Of a stretch of 64,000 bases of DNA, positions 33,195 to 45,931 are shown in pieces. The position numbers and the translations under genes were made by a program. Source of the DNA: Paraphysomonas bandaiensis (Eukaryota > Protista > Chrysophyceae); NCBI GenBank assembly GCA_965644295.1, contig CBFFRP010000070.1, forward strand, positions 1-64,000. Reading direction: 5' to 3'. Numbering within the stretch: position 1 is the first letter of the stretch; each line of letters begins with the position of its first letter. The notes under the pieces are model-generated. The model searched no databases. It saw nothing but the letters and a program-made list of their open reading frames with translations, and had not been told where the DNA came from.

Positions 33195-35316
33195 TATGGG
33201 GTACCTAGTTCACGGTACCACCCCAGCCGCGGCTGCCATCAGCATGACAGTGCATGAAGCCCTCTATATATTATTACTGTAAACTGTTATATATTACTAG
33301 CGCATTTGTATAATATTTATGTTGGTTGCTTATTATATATGTAGTGCGAAAATGAATCTTTTCTGGTGCAGACTGTCAGGACGGCTATCGTTCCTTTTGT
33401 TTCACTGATATTTTATAATAAACAGCTCTGTTTCCACATACTGTGTACACTGTACAGCCTGTGTGTGAGTTTGGATGAGTAAACGCCGTCATGACTGATA
33501 TGGTCACACCATTCTAATATGAGAGTGGTTTGATTTCTGGTGACTTGAGATCTGAGGGATGGACGCTCAGAATCACATCACGACCTTTTGAATACGAAAA
33601 CAGCTTCTAACACGAAAAGTTGTTTTAGGTTTTAGCTTGAACTTGTATATATAAGGTCTAATTACCTCAGCTATATACTTATCTTGAAAATATAAAGTCG
33701 GAGTACACTAAGTTGAGTTGTTTCATTATAGCCACAGTTTTAGCTTTTAGCATATTCTTCGTTTAATATATAGCCTCTCAGCAACATTGTTTATCGTTCA
33801 TTGAAAATTAGTTAGTTGTATTTAACTACTCAACATCTTAGACAGACACGAATACTGTAGTAACTCTATTTTCTATTTCATTTTATCTCGCATATTATGT
33901 AGTTATGTAGCATGTAGCCTTTCATTAAGGCTATAATTACAGTACTTCAAGACAGTTTCTATTTACTATTTACTACTGGTCATTACCAAGTATTTCAAAA
34001 TAATTCAACACGTTTTCTAAATTATTCTCCCAATTCCCACTAGCATCAACTCAGGGGTACGCAATTGTCTAAAACCTAATAAATGGAAAAAATCTGGGGG
34101 AAGTACGACTCCAAAGCTTTAGTTTTCCTCAACATAATATCTCGAATCAGTTAATGTGCTTGATAGAGCATTAGTAAATTATAACATTTAATTTATTCAA
34201 CATGCTTCTTTGAATTATACAAAGTTAAGTAGTACGACCTTTCGTATGAAGATGTCCAAACTATAGCCCGAAAAAATGGATTACCTAGTAAATTGTACCC
34301 TCTTCTAATCAGCTTTAGTTTTTTAGTTGCTTTCTCCTAGGGACTCTTTATACTGGCTTAATATCTATTATGCATCGAGTTGGTTGTTATTCTGTTGTCT
34401 AGCAAGTCGTACACAGAGAAATTACAAGCATGCATTGGTTTATTACACATGGTGGTATAGAGCTCAATGATTTAATGAATAAATCTTTCGCTTTGTACCA
34501 ACCAAGGCAAGTTGCAAATTTTATGAAGAGATAATTCAGTTTAAGACAGTGTCCTTTTGGCTACTGGAAATTGTCAGTTTCTGCTGATAAACCTCCTTCT
34601 TATAGACGCCCAGTGGAATGCGGAGGCTTTCGCAACACGTAATTACACACTTATACTTAATTTCCCATAACCTGACTATGACCACTTGCAACAGCCGATC
34701 CCCCTCTCTCTGTTATCTCATCCTCGTCGTGTAGGCACTAGCCTTCCTGTCCCTTCACATGCACAGATGAGCACTCCTCTTATACGCATATACGATTCTC
34801 CTCATCTCAATCCACATCCGAATAGCCACATATACCATATCGCAATGAACTTGTATAGTGTGAAGACGGGCATATCCAGAAGGAAGATACCTGGCTGGAC
34901 AACTCTGGCCATGAACACGTTTGCATGCATGTATACATATATATACCGCAACGTGCATACGGTTCGTAACAGTGTACAAAAAAGATACGAACCAAAAAAA
35001 CATGTACTGAAAAGAGATCATGTCTGTTGAAGATATGCCCCCTTGAAATATTCTGATTTCAAGTTGTGAATGTTGACTCCCGCCTACAGCAGTATGTGTG
35101 TGTATGTGCCGTATATCTAGAGCACAGCCCAGTCCCTCGGCCTCCATCGTCATATGGATCCAACTAACAGGCGATAACACCCCCATACCAGTCGAGGTGA
35201 AGAGTAACCATATCACCGTCCTATTGAACTCCCCTCTCTTCCAGTCACTGCAACCACTGCACTGTCAGTAGTGGTGTCTATTATTAACACATACATACAT
35301 ATCTCCGTAAGACACT

Positions 35317-38274
35317 ATGAGGCCCTCCATCACATGCGTATTAGTTAGTTTAGCGATAGGATTCGTAGCATCAGAGGTGACGATCGCCCCTCAGGTTCAG
35401 ACTATATACGACAGAGCCCCTAAACTCCGTATAAAGGGAGTGGGGTTTGATGCGGATGAACACGACATATCTATAGAGATATCTGCTACAGGAGAGGACC
35501 CTCTAAGGATGGACAAGGACTTTATATTATCCAAATCAGATGATGGGATCATATTGAAACTATTGACATCTAGAAAGTAAGTGAAGAGAGCGTATGACTC
35601 ATATGTTGTGATTGTTTGTTATCAGATGGGTGGATCTCGCCACTCGAAACCCCCCAGTGGGATTAATCCTCTCTTCAGTCAAATTCAAGAGTAGCGGAGA
35701 TCGTAATCTTCTCCCTAGTCCTATGATTGTAGCCAATGTGCTTGCTACTCCCTCGATAAAGGAGAACACAGAAGTTATATATAAAACCGCCACTAATGAG
35801 CTGGAGATTGAAGGCTCTGGCTTTACAGGTGCAAAGAAGATCGATCTCTACTTTGATCCCCCACTTTTCAAGGAAATTGCCTATGAAGTAGTTTCGCCAT
35901 TTCCTCTATCAGGCAACTCTGTTACTCTTAGACTGAGACATAATTACGAATGGGCTGAGAACCCTGGTAAACTCAGCGTGATCGGAGTTGACACAGGTGG
36001 GGGACCTGTGAAACTTAACGGTGAAGTAGGCGTGGTAGTAGCAACTGTGGAAGATAACCTTGACGCTCACTTTGTAAAAGTTGAAGATACCGAGAGTGAA
36101 CAAGTTATATATCATGACGACCCGTCAGTTAAAATCAAGGGCTCTGGTTTCAACCCCGACGAGACCACTCTTCGTTTCAATAATGGTCTTCTTGGGAAAG
36201 GTGTTAACTACACCATCACCAGCCTCTCTGAGAATTCGATGACCCTTAGATTGACTCCTGGATCATTATGGCGTAAGAATGTGGAGAACTTACCTGGATA
36301 TCTAACCTTACTAGCGGTTAATGCTGGCGAGGGTTTCGTGGCTGTGGGCCCAACAAACGCAGGCAAGGGTCGCGACGTCGCGAGGGTCTTCGAGCGCCCG
36401 AATGTCTTTTCTTCATTCACCAAAATTTACCGCACGCATTCCCATGAGTTGCATATTCGTGGCGTGGGGTTCCCAATCGTCATGTCTACACCACAGCTGA
36501 AGTTCAACCCTCCTTTAACTGAAGGACGCGATTACACCATCCGCGTTGTAGACCGGACTAACATAGAGGTGAACCTTAAGGATGGGAGAGAATGGGCGTC
36601 GGGCCCTTGTGAGCTTCTGGTGACGGACATAAACACGAGAGGTGATGAAGCAGGGTGGGTGAAACTCCCTGGAGAGGGTGTGCACGTCGCACAGGTGGTG
36701 GATGATGTAGACAGTGAGTACACCGGTGGTGTGGAAGTTTACCCTATGACACAAAGAGTCTATCAATCGGTTTTGCACAGCAAAATTGATGTAACTGGTA
36801 CAGGATTCACCAATGGTATTTCCTTTATGTTTTCTCCTTCTTTGGCAGAGGGTGTAGACTATACCACTACATATGTAAGCAGAAACAAAGTTCAACTGAA
36901 CCTCAAGTCGGGTAAAAAATGGGCCCAGGAGCCGAATATGCTTGTAGTTAAGGCAGTTAAAGTGGACGGAAAGGACTATCCTCTTGCTAATGGTGATGGT
37001 ATCCGTATTGCCACCATTTTGGAGGATCCTGTTGTAGAGAGTGGTGATGACAATATCCATGAGACTCAAAGCAAAGTGGTGGTCATAAGTGGACGAGGAT
37101 TCACCAATGTAGCTGATGTGAAGGTTGTACTACGTCCTACCGTCCCCGGTGCATACAAAGTACTCTCTGTATCAGACGATACCATCCGTCTCCAGCTGAA
37201 ACCAGACTATGACTGGCTTCCTTCTTTCCTGACACTTGCAGACTCGGATAAGAAATATCCTCTGCAGGTGTCTTCTGTCGACACTGGAGCTGGGGATATT
37301 GTCTTTGACTCCCCGATTACTATAGGCAATATTGTGAAAGACAGAGAGGGTGTTGTGTGTGACGATTCTTGTGAGTTTGCTTTTGACGGTGTATGTGATG
37401 ATGGCACGGAGGATGAGATGTACTATAACTACTATGATGGATTCGGCTACTACATGGACGATGATTTCGGTGGCTACTATGGATACGGACAGTACGCTGA
37501 TGGTGAGGCATATGACGATGAGGTGGTATATTGGTACGACGATTACTATATGGAAGACGATCAAATGATGGTCTCCGCATGCCTTAAGGGCACTGATTGT
37601 ACGGATTGTGGAGGTGTTGATGCTATTGTGGATTACTCGAACATCGACTCTTCGGACACCAACGCAGTGGTGTGCACCAACACTTGCCCCTATGCGAGAG
37701 ACGGACAATGCGATGATCCCAGGGGAGCCAACTATTGTATTCTAGGGACTGATTGCCAGGTTAGAATATACATTTCTTATATATTGTCATTGCTGTAGAA
37801 AAGTGTGAATCGAGTGTTTTCTGGTTCTGATTCCTAAATATTCAGGACTGTGGACGTGTCGGAGCGGACAATTTCACCATTGTTGATGATGATGGCTGGT
37901 GGGAAGATGATGATGACTACTGGACTTTCAATGACGGGGTGTTTCTAGGTACTTAATGAGCCATGTATCTCTCTGTTGTGTTTACTGTTGTAACAGACCA
38001 GGCAAAGGGTCTTGAGGCCAACCGCCCTCGTGTGAAAGTAGTTCACACCGAGTCCGCTGGAGCTGCGGCGGTATTTTTGACCATGCTTGAGGGCATGGTG
38101 TATACTATCGGTGCAATATTCGCTGCCGCTGCTCTGTATGTGCTCAGTCGATGGTACAAAGGCCAGAGCATCCCGTTCATGCAGGTCTTCAATCCTGAGT
38201 CATCCGCTGTTGCAGACTTGGAGATGCAGCCCGCTCGCCGCATGCCAATTACTCCCGACGTCATTCGCACTTAA
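35317..38274 (+). CDS. Type I membrane protein with IPT/TIG-like repeats, Cys/Asp/Tyr-rich module and C-terminal TM, multi-exon
   Basis: Signal peptide; repeated I.G.GF motifs; CDDSCEFAFDGVCDDG and CTNTCPYARDGQCDD; TM near end; GT-AG introns at ~35578, ~37760, ~37889. Confidence 0.8.
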
Positions 38275-38712
38275 CTCATGAATAACATAAAGTAAGTGTA
38301 GCATACGAGTAAATGATAAGCTAGAAAGCACGTCTTCATAAGTATGTAAAGAACATCTGTAGTACAGCGAGTTTCATTTGCTTGATTCTTGAGAAACTTA
38401 ATTTTAAATTGTCAATTTCACAAAATCATAGTGCAGAAATGTTTTTATCCCCATTTTGTCTCAAAAAAAGCTTTTTTTGACCTGATTTGGGCTCAACAGG
38501 GCGTTCATATCAGCACCAGGCAAATATAGATGTACAACCTGTGCCTGAATAAACTTGATATGACTCGAATGAAGTAATTACTGTAAATATAATTTATTTC
38601 TACTACATATAGCCACATCCACGGCAGTTCTACGATCCAAATGCGCGACACCTGATTGCAAGCTACTCGTCCTCAACACACAAATACTCCCGACCCTACT
38701 ATTATACAAGGC

Positions 38713-38977
38713 TATTAGGATTCAGCTTAATACATGATTGTATCTGTGAGTTATAATGTTCAATGAAATATACCATGAACTGAATTAGAGAGAGTATCTG
38801 TCTAAGATACGTGATCGTCATCATAACGTCGTCATTATCAGTTACACTTCTAACTATTCCGTTGTTGTGCATGATAGTACGTTCTATATTGTTATTCATA
38901 ATCTTTACTCTATCGTGTTCATTTCTTACACTCTAATAATCACAACATTGTTTTACTAATAAGCTTAAATCTTATTT
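38713..38977 (+). repeat. Copia 5' LTR (265 bp, TA...TT)
   Basis: Matches 45670-45931 except one substitution and a 3-bp indel seen. Confidence 0.9.
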
Positions 38978-38987
38978 TGGTAGCGAG
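38978..38987 (+). other. Primer binding site TGGTAGCGAG (probably tRNA-iMet)
   Basis: TGG directly after LTR; same 10-mer at 61017. Confidence 0.8.
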
Positions 38988-41900
38988 ATGTCAGTTAAAG
39001 TTACAAGTTACGACTCAACCGACTCGGATTCAACAACCGAAAAACAGAAAGACTCAATGCCAAAGTTCGACGCGAAGAACTTCTTCTGCCGTGCATGGTT
39101 TTACAGAAAGCCCAAGATCGTTTATACCCTACAAAACGATCATCCAACTGAACCTGAAGAAGGAGAGATTTCAGATGACGAAGATTATCAATATCGACTC
39201 GACCAGTATCACGAAACGAAACGATATTATGATGAAGGTAATAACTACCTATGGTCTGTCATTTCGAGCGCTGTCATTGGTCAGGATGAAGAGGCCGAAG
39301 GGATTTTGGAAAACGTCCCCGATGGAGACGGAAAAACCGCCTGGACCGATCTGCTAGCCCACTTCAAAGAAGAAACGACTAACGATGTAATCACCGATCT
39401 GATTGGCCAATTTCAGAGCCTAAAAATCAAAAAAGGTCAGTCAATAATCAATTTTCTTGACGCTATCGAAAAGCTCAAAAACAAGCTTATCAATTATGGT
39501 CATCGGATCAACGACCAAGACTTAATATCCCGAATACGACAGGGAATTGTTTCAGAAGATAACATGGTTTACCGAGAATTGGCAATTAATCTGCAGCTAC
39601 ATCCAATTGATGATTATAAAGTATTGATTCGCAGACTTCGCGGGTTAGGAAGCTCATCTGTTGGAACGCTCCTATCATCCAACAATGAAGACACAAAAAC
39701 TGACAGTAGTCACCTCGCAGCATCAAAAACCCCATTTTCCCGCAGCAAAGTCAATTTTAAGCGAAAAAGGGGGACATCTTCCAAATATCGCTCCAATAAA
39801 CAGAAACATGATAAGAGAACCGATAAAGACATTAAGTGTTTCAGATGCGGAGGAAAGGGGCACATTGCATCGGAATGCAAGCACTCCTGGGAGAAGATTC
39901 AAGAGATGAAAAGCTCCTCCGACAACAAGTCATCAACAAGAGGAAAACCGAAATTCAAGAGAGTGAAATTCCAGACTCAAAGTAACGAATATTTCCACGA
40001 CCACTCTGATCAACTTGCAAATTATGAAGACAGTGGTCCATCGTCAGATTATCAAAAAGGACGAGACTACGGAGGAGTTGCTTACACACCGAGCGATGAA
40101 TCACACTTCGTTAGTGATCAAAAGGCAGGAATGGGATCTCTTGACTCGGGGTGCACAGTATCAATTACATCAGAAGCAAGCTACCTTACGGACTACACTG
40201 ATTGCCTCACCGAGATTCAAACAGCCAAATCAGGGTCTACAATGATATCCTCAGGTCATGGAAGACTTGGAATCATCCCCAACAAGTGCAAACACGTGGA
40301 CCAAGCGTCTAGGACCCTCATTTCTATTAGCCAACTGGATGACCTCGGACATGAAATCATATTCAGAAACCAGTCAGTGGAAATATTTAAAGACGGCATA
40401 TTGCTATCGAAAGGCCAGCGCGTTGGAGGACTATACGAAATTCCACTATCAGACCTCGGTATTCCCACTGATGAATCTCACCTCGCATCAACTGCCTCAG
40501 GTCAACCTGCACTGTTAGCACATAAGAGACTAGCACATGCATCACTTGGACTCATACAGAAGGCAATAAAATCACGTCTAATAACTGGTGTCAAGATGAC
40601 AAAGGAGGAGATGAGTGTTGCCTCTCTACCTGGCGGTTTATGCGATGGATGTGCGACTGGGAAATCACATAGACGCAAGCACAGGAATGCCACCCGCCAA
40701 ATGTTGTTGAAAAGAATGAGAAGGGCAAAGGAGCTGGGGGAGCTCATAGTAGCCGATTTCTCAGGACCACATACACCCGATGCAATTATTACCGGAAATC
40801 GATATGTACTTGGGATCGCTGATGTAGCATCAAGGTACCAGTGGGACTCCTACGTAACAACGAGAGATGAAAATTTCGTTATCCAATCCATTCAGAAAGT
40901 CGTCACGTATCTACACGCAGTAGGGGTAAACAACTACAACATTACCACGCCGATGGAGGGAAGGAACTAGTCTCACGAAAAGTATTGGAATATCTCCAAT
41001 ACATTGGAGCAACATGGACTTTTAACGCTCCATATACGCCCGAGGACAACCCATTTCAAGAGCGACCATGGAGAACCATCAAAGAACGAGCACTTAGTAG
41101 CTTGATGGATTCAGGTCTTCCAACGAATTTCTGGGAACAAGCCATGAAGACATCCACACACATGAAGAACAGAGGCTACCTTCTTGCAAAACTGCTAAAG
41201 GATTCATGTCCCCACTCCAATTCATCGAAAACGAAATACCAGACTTGAGTTATGCCAGAATATGGGGATGTAAATGCTTTGTGAATATCGATTCCAGTCT
41301 CCGAAAGAACAACTGGGACAGACATATAGCTGGCCTGGGTATTTTATGGGCTATCGAGAGGATGGTCCTGGATATATAGTCTTTGTTCCCGCATTAAGAG
41401 ATTTTGTTATATCAGGACATGTATTTTTCAACGAATGCGTTCCACCAGCGGATAAGAGATATTTTAAAGAGATAAATGAGATCTTCAGAGAGAATGAGAC
41501 CTCCAGGACAGTAGAAAGTTTCAAATATCTCATAGGTCTAGCTCATGTAGATCCAGACGATGGATTAACATATGTAACGACTCAAATAAAGCTCAGAAAA
41601 GGATTAATCGCAGCATATCGTGGTCTAGTGGACGACAGCGGTGACACTACACGAATCATCCAGCTCGACGACCCCATTCATGCTGCAGACGTCGAAAAGT
41701 ACACTGAAGAATACATAGAACTCAAAGCAATTGGTCTCAAATGTAATACGTCTCGATCGAAAACCCCAATACATAAATCCAGCAAATCAGATCGAGACCC
41801 CGATACAGTTAATGGATCTCCAGCGCCAGCCGCTACTTCCAGGGGGAGTGGCGTGAATCTACGACATCATGATGCCGTGCAGGAGAGAATCAGCAGCCAT

Positions 41901-44900
41901 CGGGATGAACCTACCCACTCCGATGCAAAGATAGCGAAGACTCGCCCTTCGAAACAATTCAATGGGAATCTAGTGCCGAATCCGGCACCACACGGTCAAG
42001 TGGATCGTGTGCGTCAGCGTGTGGCCAAACGCTGTAACAAGCCTGTTGATTCATCGGGAGATTCGGAAAATCAGGTTACACCTGAAGGGCCAAGTAAGGT
42101 CCGTGCTACAGCAAAACAACAATTTTTAGCTGCTGGTAGAAAGAGTGTTCTCCGAAGCAGGAGAATGGCCAGGAAACGGGTAATTGTAAATATACACAAA
42201 CTAGGTGATGGTGTATATACATGTGATGTAAATGCTAAACATGTAGTAAATCATATGGCACATGACACACAATGTATATCAAAATTACATATACAAACAA
42301 TATTGATATTGTTATGCATGCTATCAGTAATTGCGATGACATTGACGAGCTAACCGATACACCAAAGAGTGTTCAAGATGCTATTTCAGGTAAATATAAA
42401 CAGCAGTGGATCGATGCTATCAATAGAGAAATATCCACCCTTCAGAGGAAAGGGTGCTGGAGATACACTGCGTTACCACCTGGAGCAAGAGCCATAAAGG
42501 GGAAACTCATATTCAAAATAAAAAGAAAACAGAATGATATCAAATTCAAGGCTCGACTAGTCGCACAGGGTTTTACTCAAATCCAAGGCATCGATTACAA
42601 TGATACATACAGCCCCGTCGCAAAGGCTACATCACTACGTACAATTATTGCCCTTTCGACTATTATGAAACTCAAATTGCACCAAATCGATTTCACAACT
42701 GCGTACATCAATGCTGACCTCGAAGAGGACATATACATGTATCCCCCTCCTGGCATGGACGTCCCTGACGGAAAAGTCCTCAAACTGATGAAAAGCATCT
42801 ATGGTCTAAAGCAAGCAGGTCTTAACTGGTATAAGTGCTGTACAAATTTTATGCTAGATATGGGTTTCACCAGACTAATATCTGACCCGTGTATATTCAA
42901 AAAGCAGATTAATGGCAGGATTATGCTAATAGCCATGTATGTGGATGATATTATTATAGCATCTACATCCGACACTGATATCCAACAATTCAAAGACCAT
43001 TTATCCAAAAAGTTCGAAATTACGGATCTCGGACTCCTAGATTATTACTTGGGCATCTCCATTCATCAAGATTTTGACAAAAATATCACGACTCTCAGTC
43101 AGGAGCAGTACGTCAGAAAGCTACTGGACAAATTCAACATGTCCAACAGTAAACCCATGTCAACACCTATGTTACTGTCTTTCAACTATGATTTACATGA
43201 ATACAATCATCTTTCAGAGTCAAATCAAAGTTATGTTCAGAATTTCCCCTACAAGGAGCTCATAGGTTCCCTAATGTATCTAGCTGTATGCACTCGACCG
43301 GATATCGCCTATGCAGTCAATACTCTTGCCAGATTTTCTGATATGCCTAATCTAACTACCTGTAAATTACCAGAGAGAGGCAACAAAGACGAAGAGGGTA
43401 ATGAGATGGGAAGCATCCTGCACCAGTTTAATTGCAATGAGGACTCCTTCACAGTTAACATTGGTGGTTACAACCAAACATACTGCCGCAAGAAGTTCAT
43501 TTCAGATGGTGGTTCTTCTGTAAAGTGTTTCTTGGATTTGGAAATGCTATCGATGATCCCTTTATTGTTCAATTACTATGTACTTTCAGCTGTACTTGGC
43601 AAAGACGGTTCATATGTTAACTATTCTCGCTGTTGGGTGAGTAAAAACTCTGATGGAAAACAATACGTTGTTCTCTGTTATCTTCGGACCAAATGTAACA
43701 AATGGCGCTGTGACAGTGTTCTGTATGATCCCACTGAAAGTGGAAAAATTTTTCTGCTTACAGGTTTATCAAAAATGAAGCAGTACACTTTCCTTCCCGA
43801 AGTATCTCTCGACCATGACTGGGCGAAGTCAATTTTGGAAACCTATCTCCGCGACCCAAAGAACAAACTTGCATGGGACCCACAAGGAGATGTTCCGAAC
43901 AAGGATGAGACGGGAAACTGGATTCTTGATGGCTGGGATCCTGTAGAAGAAGGGTTGAAAGCAGCATTTGATCTCAGCAGCAAGAAGAGGCTTAGAAAGC
44001 GAAAGGCCTCTGTTCGATTTGCGGATGAAAATTTCAGTTCTGGCACTGGCAAGAAACCGAGAAAAAAAGCAAACAAACCAAGTCAGCGTGCTGTTGCGGT
44101 ACGTATATACAACTGAATTAATTTTGTTATAACTGACCATAAAATATCTTGTGTAATACAGAAGAAGGCTGTTAGTGCAGTTGCTGCAACGGAAAATGAT
44201 GAGAGAGATCGTGGCGAAGATGATCCTGTTATTATTGTCAAGCCAGCAGAGCCAAAGCGTCAACATCAAGCAAGAAACACTCTTCCAAAGAAACCAGATA
44301 TTCAAGAAGAATTGGAGGCCCAGAAACGGCGAACTGCTGAATTGGAGCAGTTGCTGATGAGTAAGACTCAGCCGACGAAAGCTTCTGCCCCTGCTGCTGT
44401 TGTGGGTGATAACTCTTTGTCTACGCAGACTACTGAAGTTCATCAGCGGACACCCTCTGCTGTAGGTCACAGTTACGAAATGACTCAACCGCCAATTTCT
44501 CTTCATGCGATGAATGCGATTAGATATGTTGAAAATGTAAAATTTGCAGATGCATTGCGCATGGCAGATCAGAATGCCTACTTGCAGCGGGAAAATATTA
44601 TTTTGAGACAGTCAATGTTTGGTAGTGGCAATCAGTAAGTAGTAGTAGTGATGTAACGATTTCGTAGTGACATAATCTTATTATAATATAATAAATGTTT
44701 AGAATTAGTCCAATTATCGTGTTATTTGCTAGTATACCAGACTTTCTCAAATATACCCTATATATATAGTACACATCACCTGGTCAAAGTACTTGACCAG
44801 GTTTTTACCTACCATCGACTTAATGCTGCGTTACATACATGTTCTTAGGTATCTCAAAGGCACTGCTAAGCAAGGATTGATATATTCTGGATCCCACATA

Positions 44901-45350
44901 ACATTGTCAGGATACTGCGATAGCGATTGGGCACGGTGTCACCTCACTCGACGGTCCACTACAGCCTTTACATTCTTCATAGGTAATTGTCTTATATCAT
45001 GGCAATCTCGATTACAGACAACTGTGGCATTGCCATCTACTGAAGCTGAGTATATGGCTCTATCGTCAGCAGCTCAGGAAGCATTATGGCTACGCTCCTT
45101 ATTATCATAAATTGGTTTCAAACTTCCATTCTCAACAACTATTTGGTGCGATAATAAAGGGGCAGTCCAATTACGTTACAATCCTACTCATCATCGTCGT
45201 ACGAAACATATTGCGATACGGTATCATTTCATTCGAGAAAATATTGCCGAAAACCAATTGACTGTTGACCATATTCCCACCACGTCAATGTTAGCCGATC
45301 TTCTCACGAAACCACTAGAGGAGCAACTAATTTTCTTCAATTGCGAACTA
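38988..45350 (+). pseudogene. Copia gag-pol, frameshifted and interrupted
   Basis: CFRCGGKGHIASEC knuckle, LDSGCT protease, HKRLAH..CDGC, KARLVAQG, SIYGLKQ, YVDD, CDSDWA; split over several ORFs. Confidence 0.9.
43371..44834 (+). other. ~1.46-kb foreign insert in Copia RT: intron-containing gene fragment plus terminal hairpin
   Basis: RT sequence ...TTCKL is interrupted and resumes ...IHVLRYLKGT; putative GT-AG intron ~44099-44161; hairpin 44778-44802. Confidence 0.7.
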
Positions 45351-45669
45351 CATTGATGGGGGGAGCTGGGTTCGACATCCCATCCAGCAGCAACAGGAAG
45401 CGATCAACAACCTCAGAGACACCTAAATCACAATTAACAAGCCACAAGCGACCTAGGTGGCTAGTTTGAGTTACACGGAGTTTTTACCATTTTTTTTTAC
45501 TTTTATTCAATACATGATGCTGGACTAGAAGGATGGTCTCACAATATGGCATCTCTGCAGTTCGCTTATTATTGACTAGTGACTGCTACTCTGGTTTTTA
45601 CTCTCAGTGTGCATAAGTTCATATTCTCTCTATTATCTACGGTTCACTGATTATTTCATTGAGGGGGCG

Positions 45670-45931
45670 TATTAGGATTCAGCTTAATACATGATTGTAT
45701 CTGTGAGCTATAATGTTCAATGAAATATACCATGAACTGAATTAGAGAGAGTATCTGTCTAAGATACGTGATCGTCATCATAACGTCGTCATTATCAGTT
45801 ACACTTCTAACTATTCCGTTGTGCATGATAGTACGTTCTATATTGTTATTCATAATCTTTACTCTATCGTGTTCATTTCTTACACTCTAATAATCACAAC
45901 ATTGTTTTACTAATAAGCTTAAATCTTATTT
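45670..45931 (+). repeat. Copia 3' LTR (262 bp)
   Basis: Follows PPT; followed by TSD. Confidence 0.9.

Larger units (their letters stand above)
38713..45931 (+). mobile_element. Ty1/Copia LTR retrotransposon (degenerate), TSD AAGGC
   Basis: LTRs 38713-38977 and 45670-45931; PBS; PPT TTGAGGGGGCG; AAGGC at 38708-38712 and 45932-45936. Confidence 0.93.
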
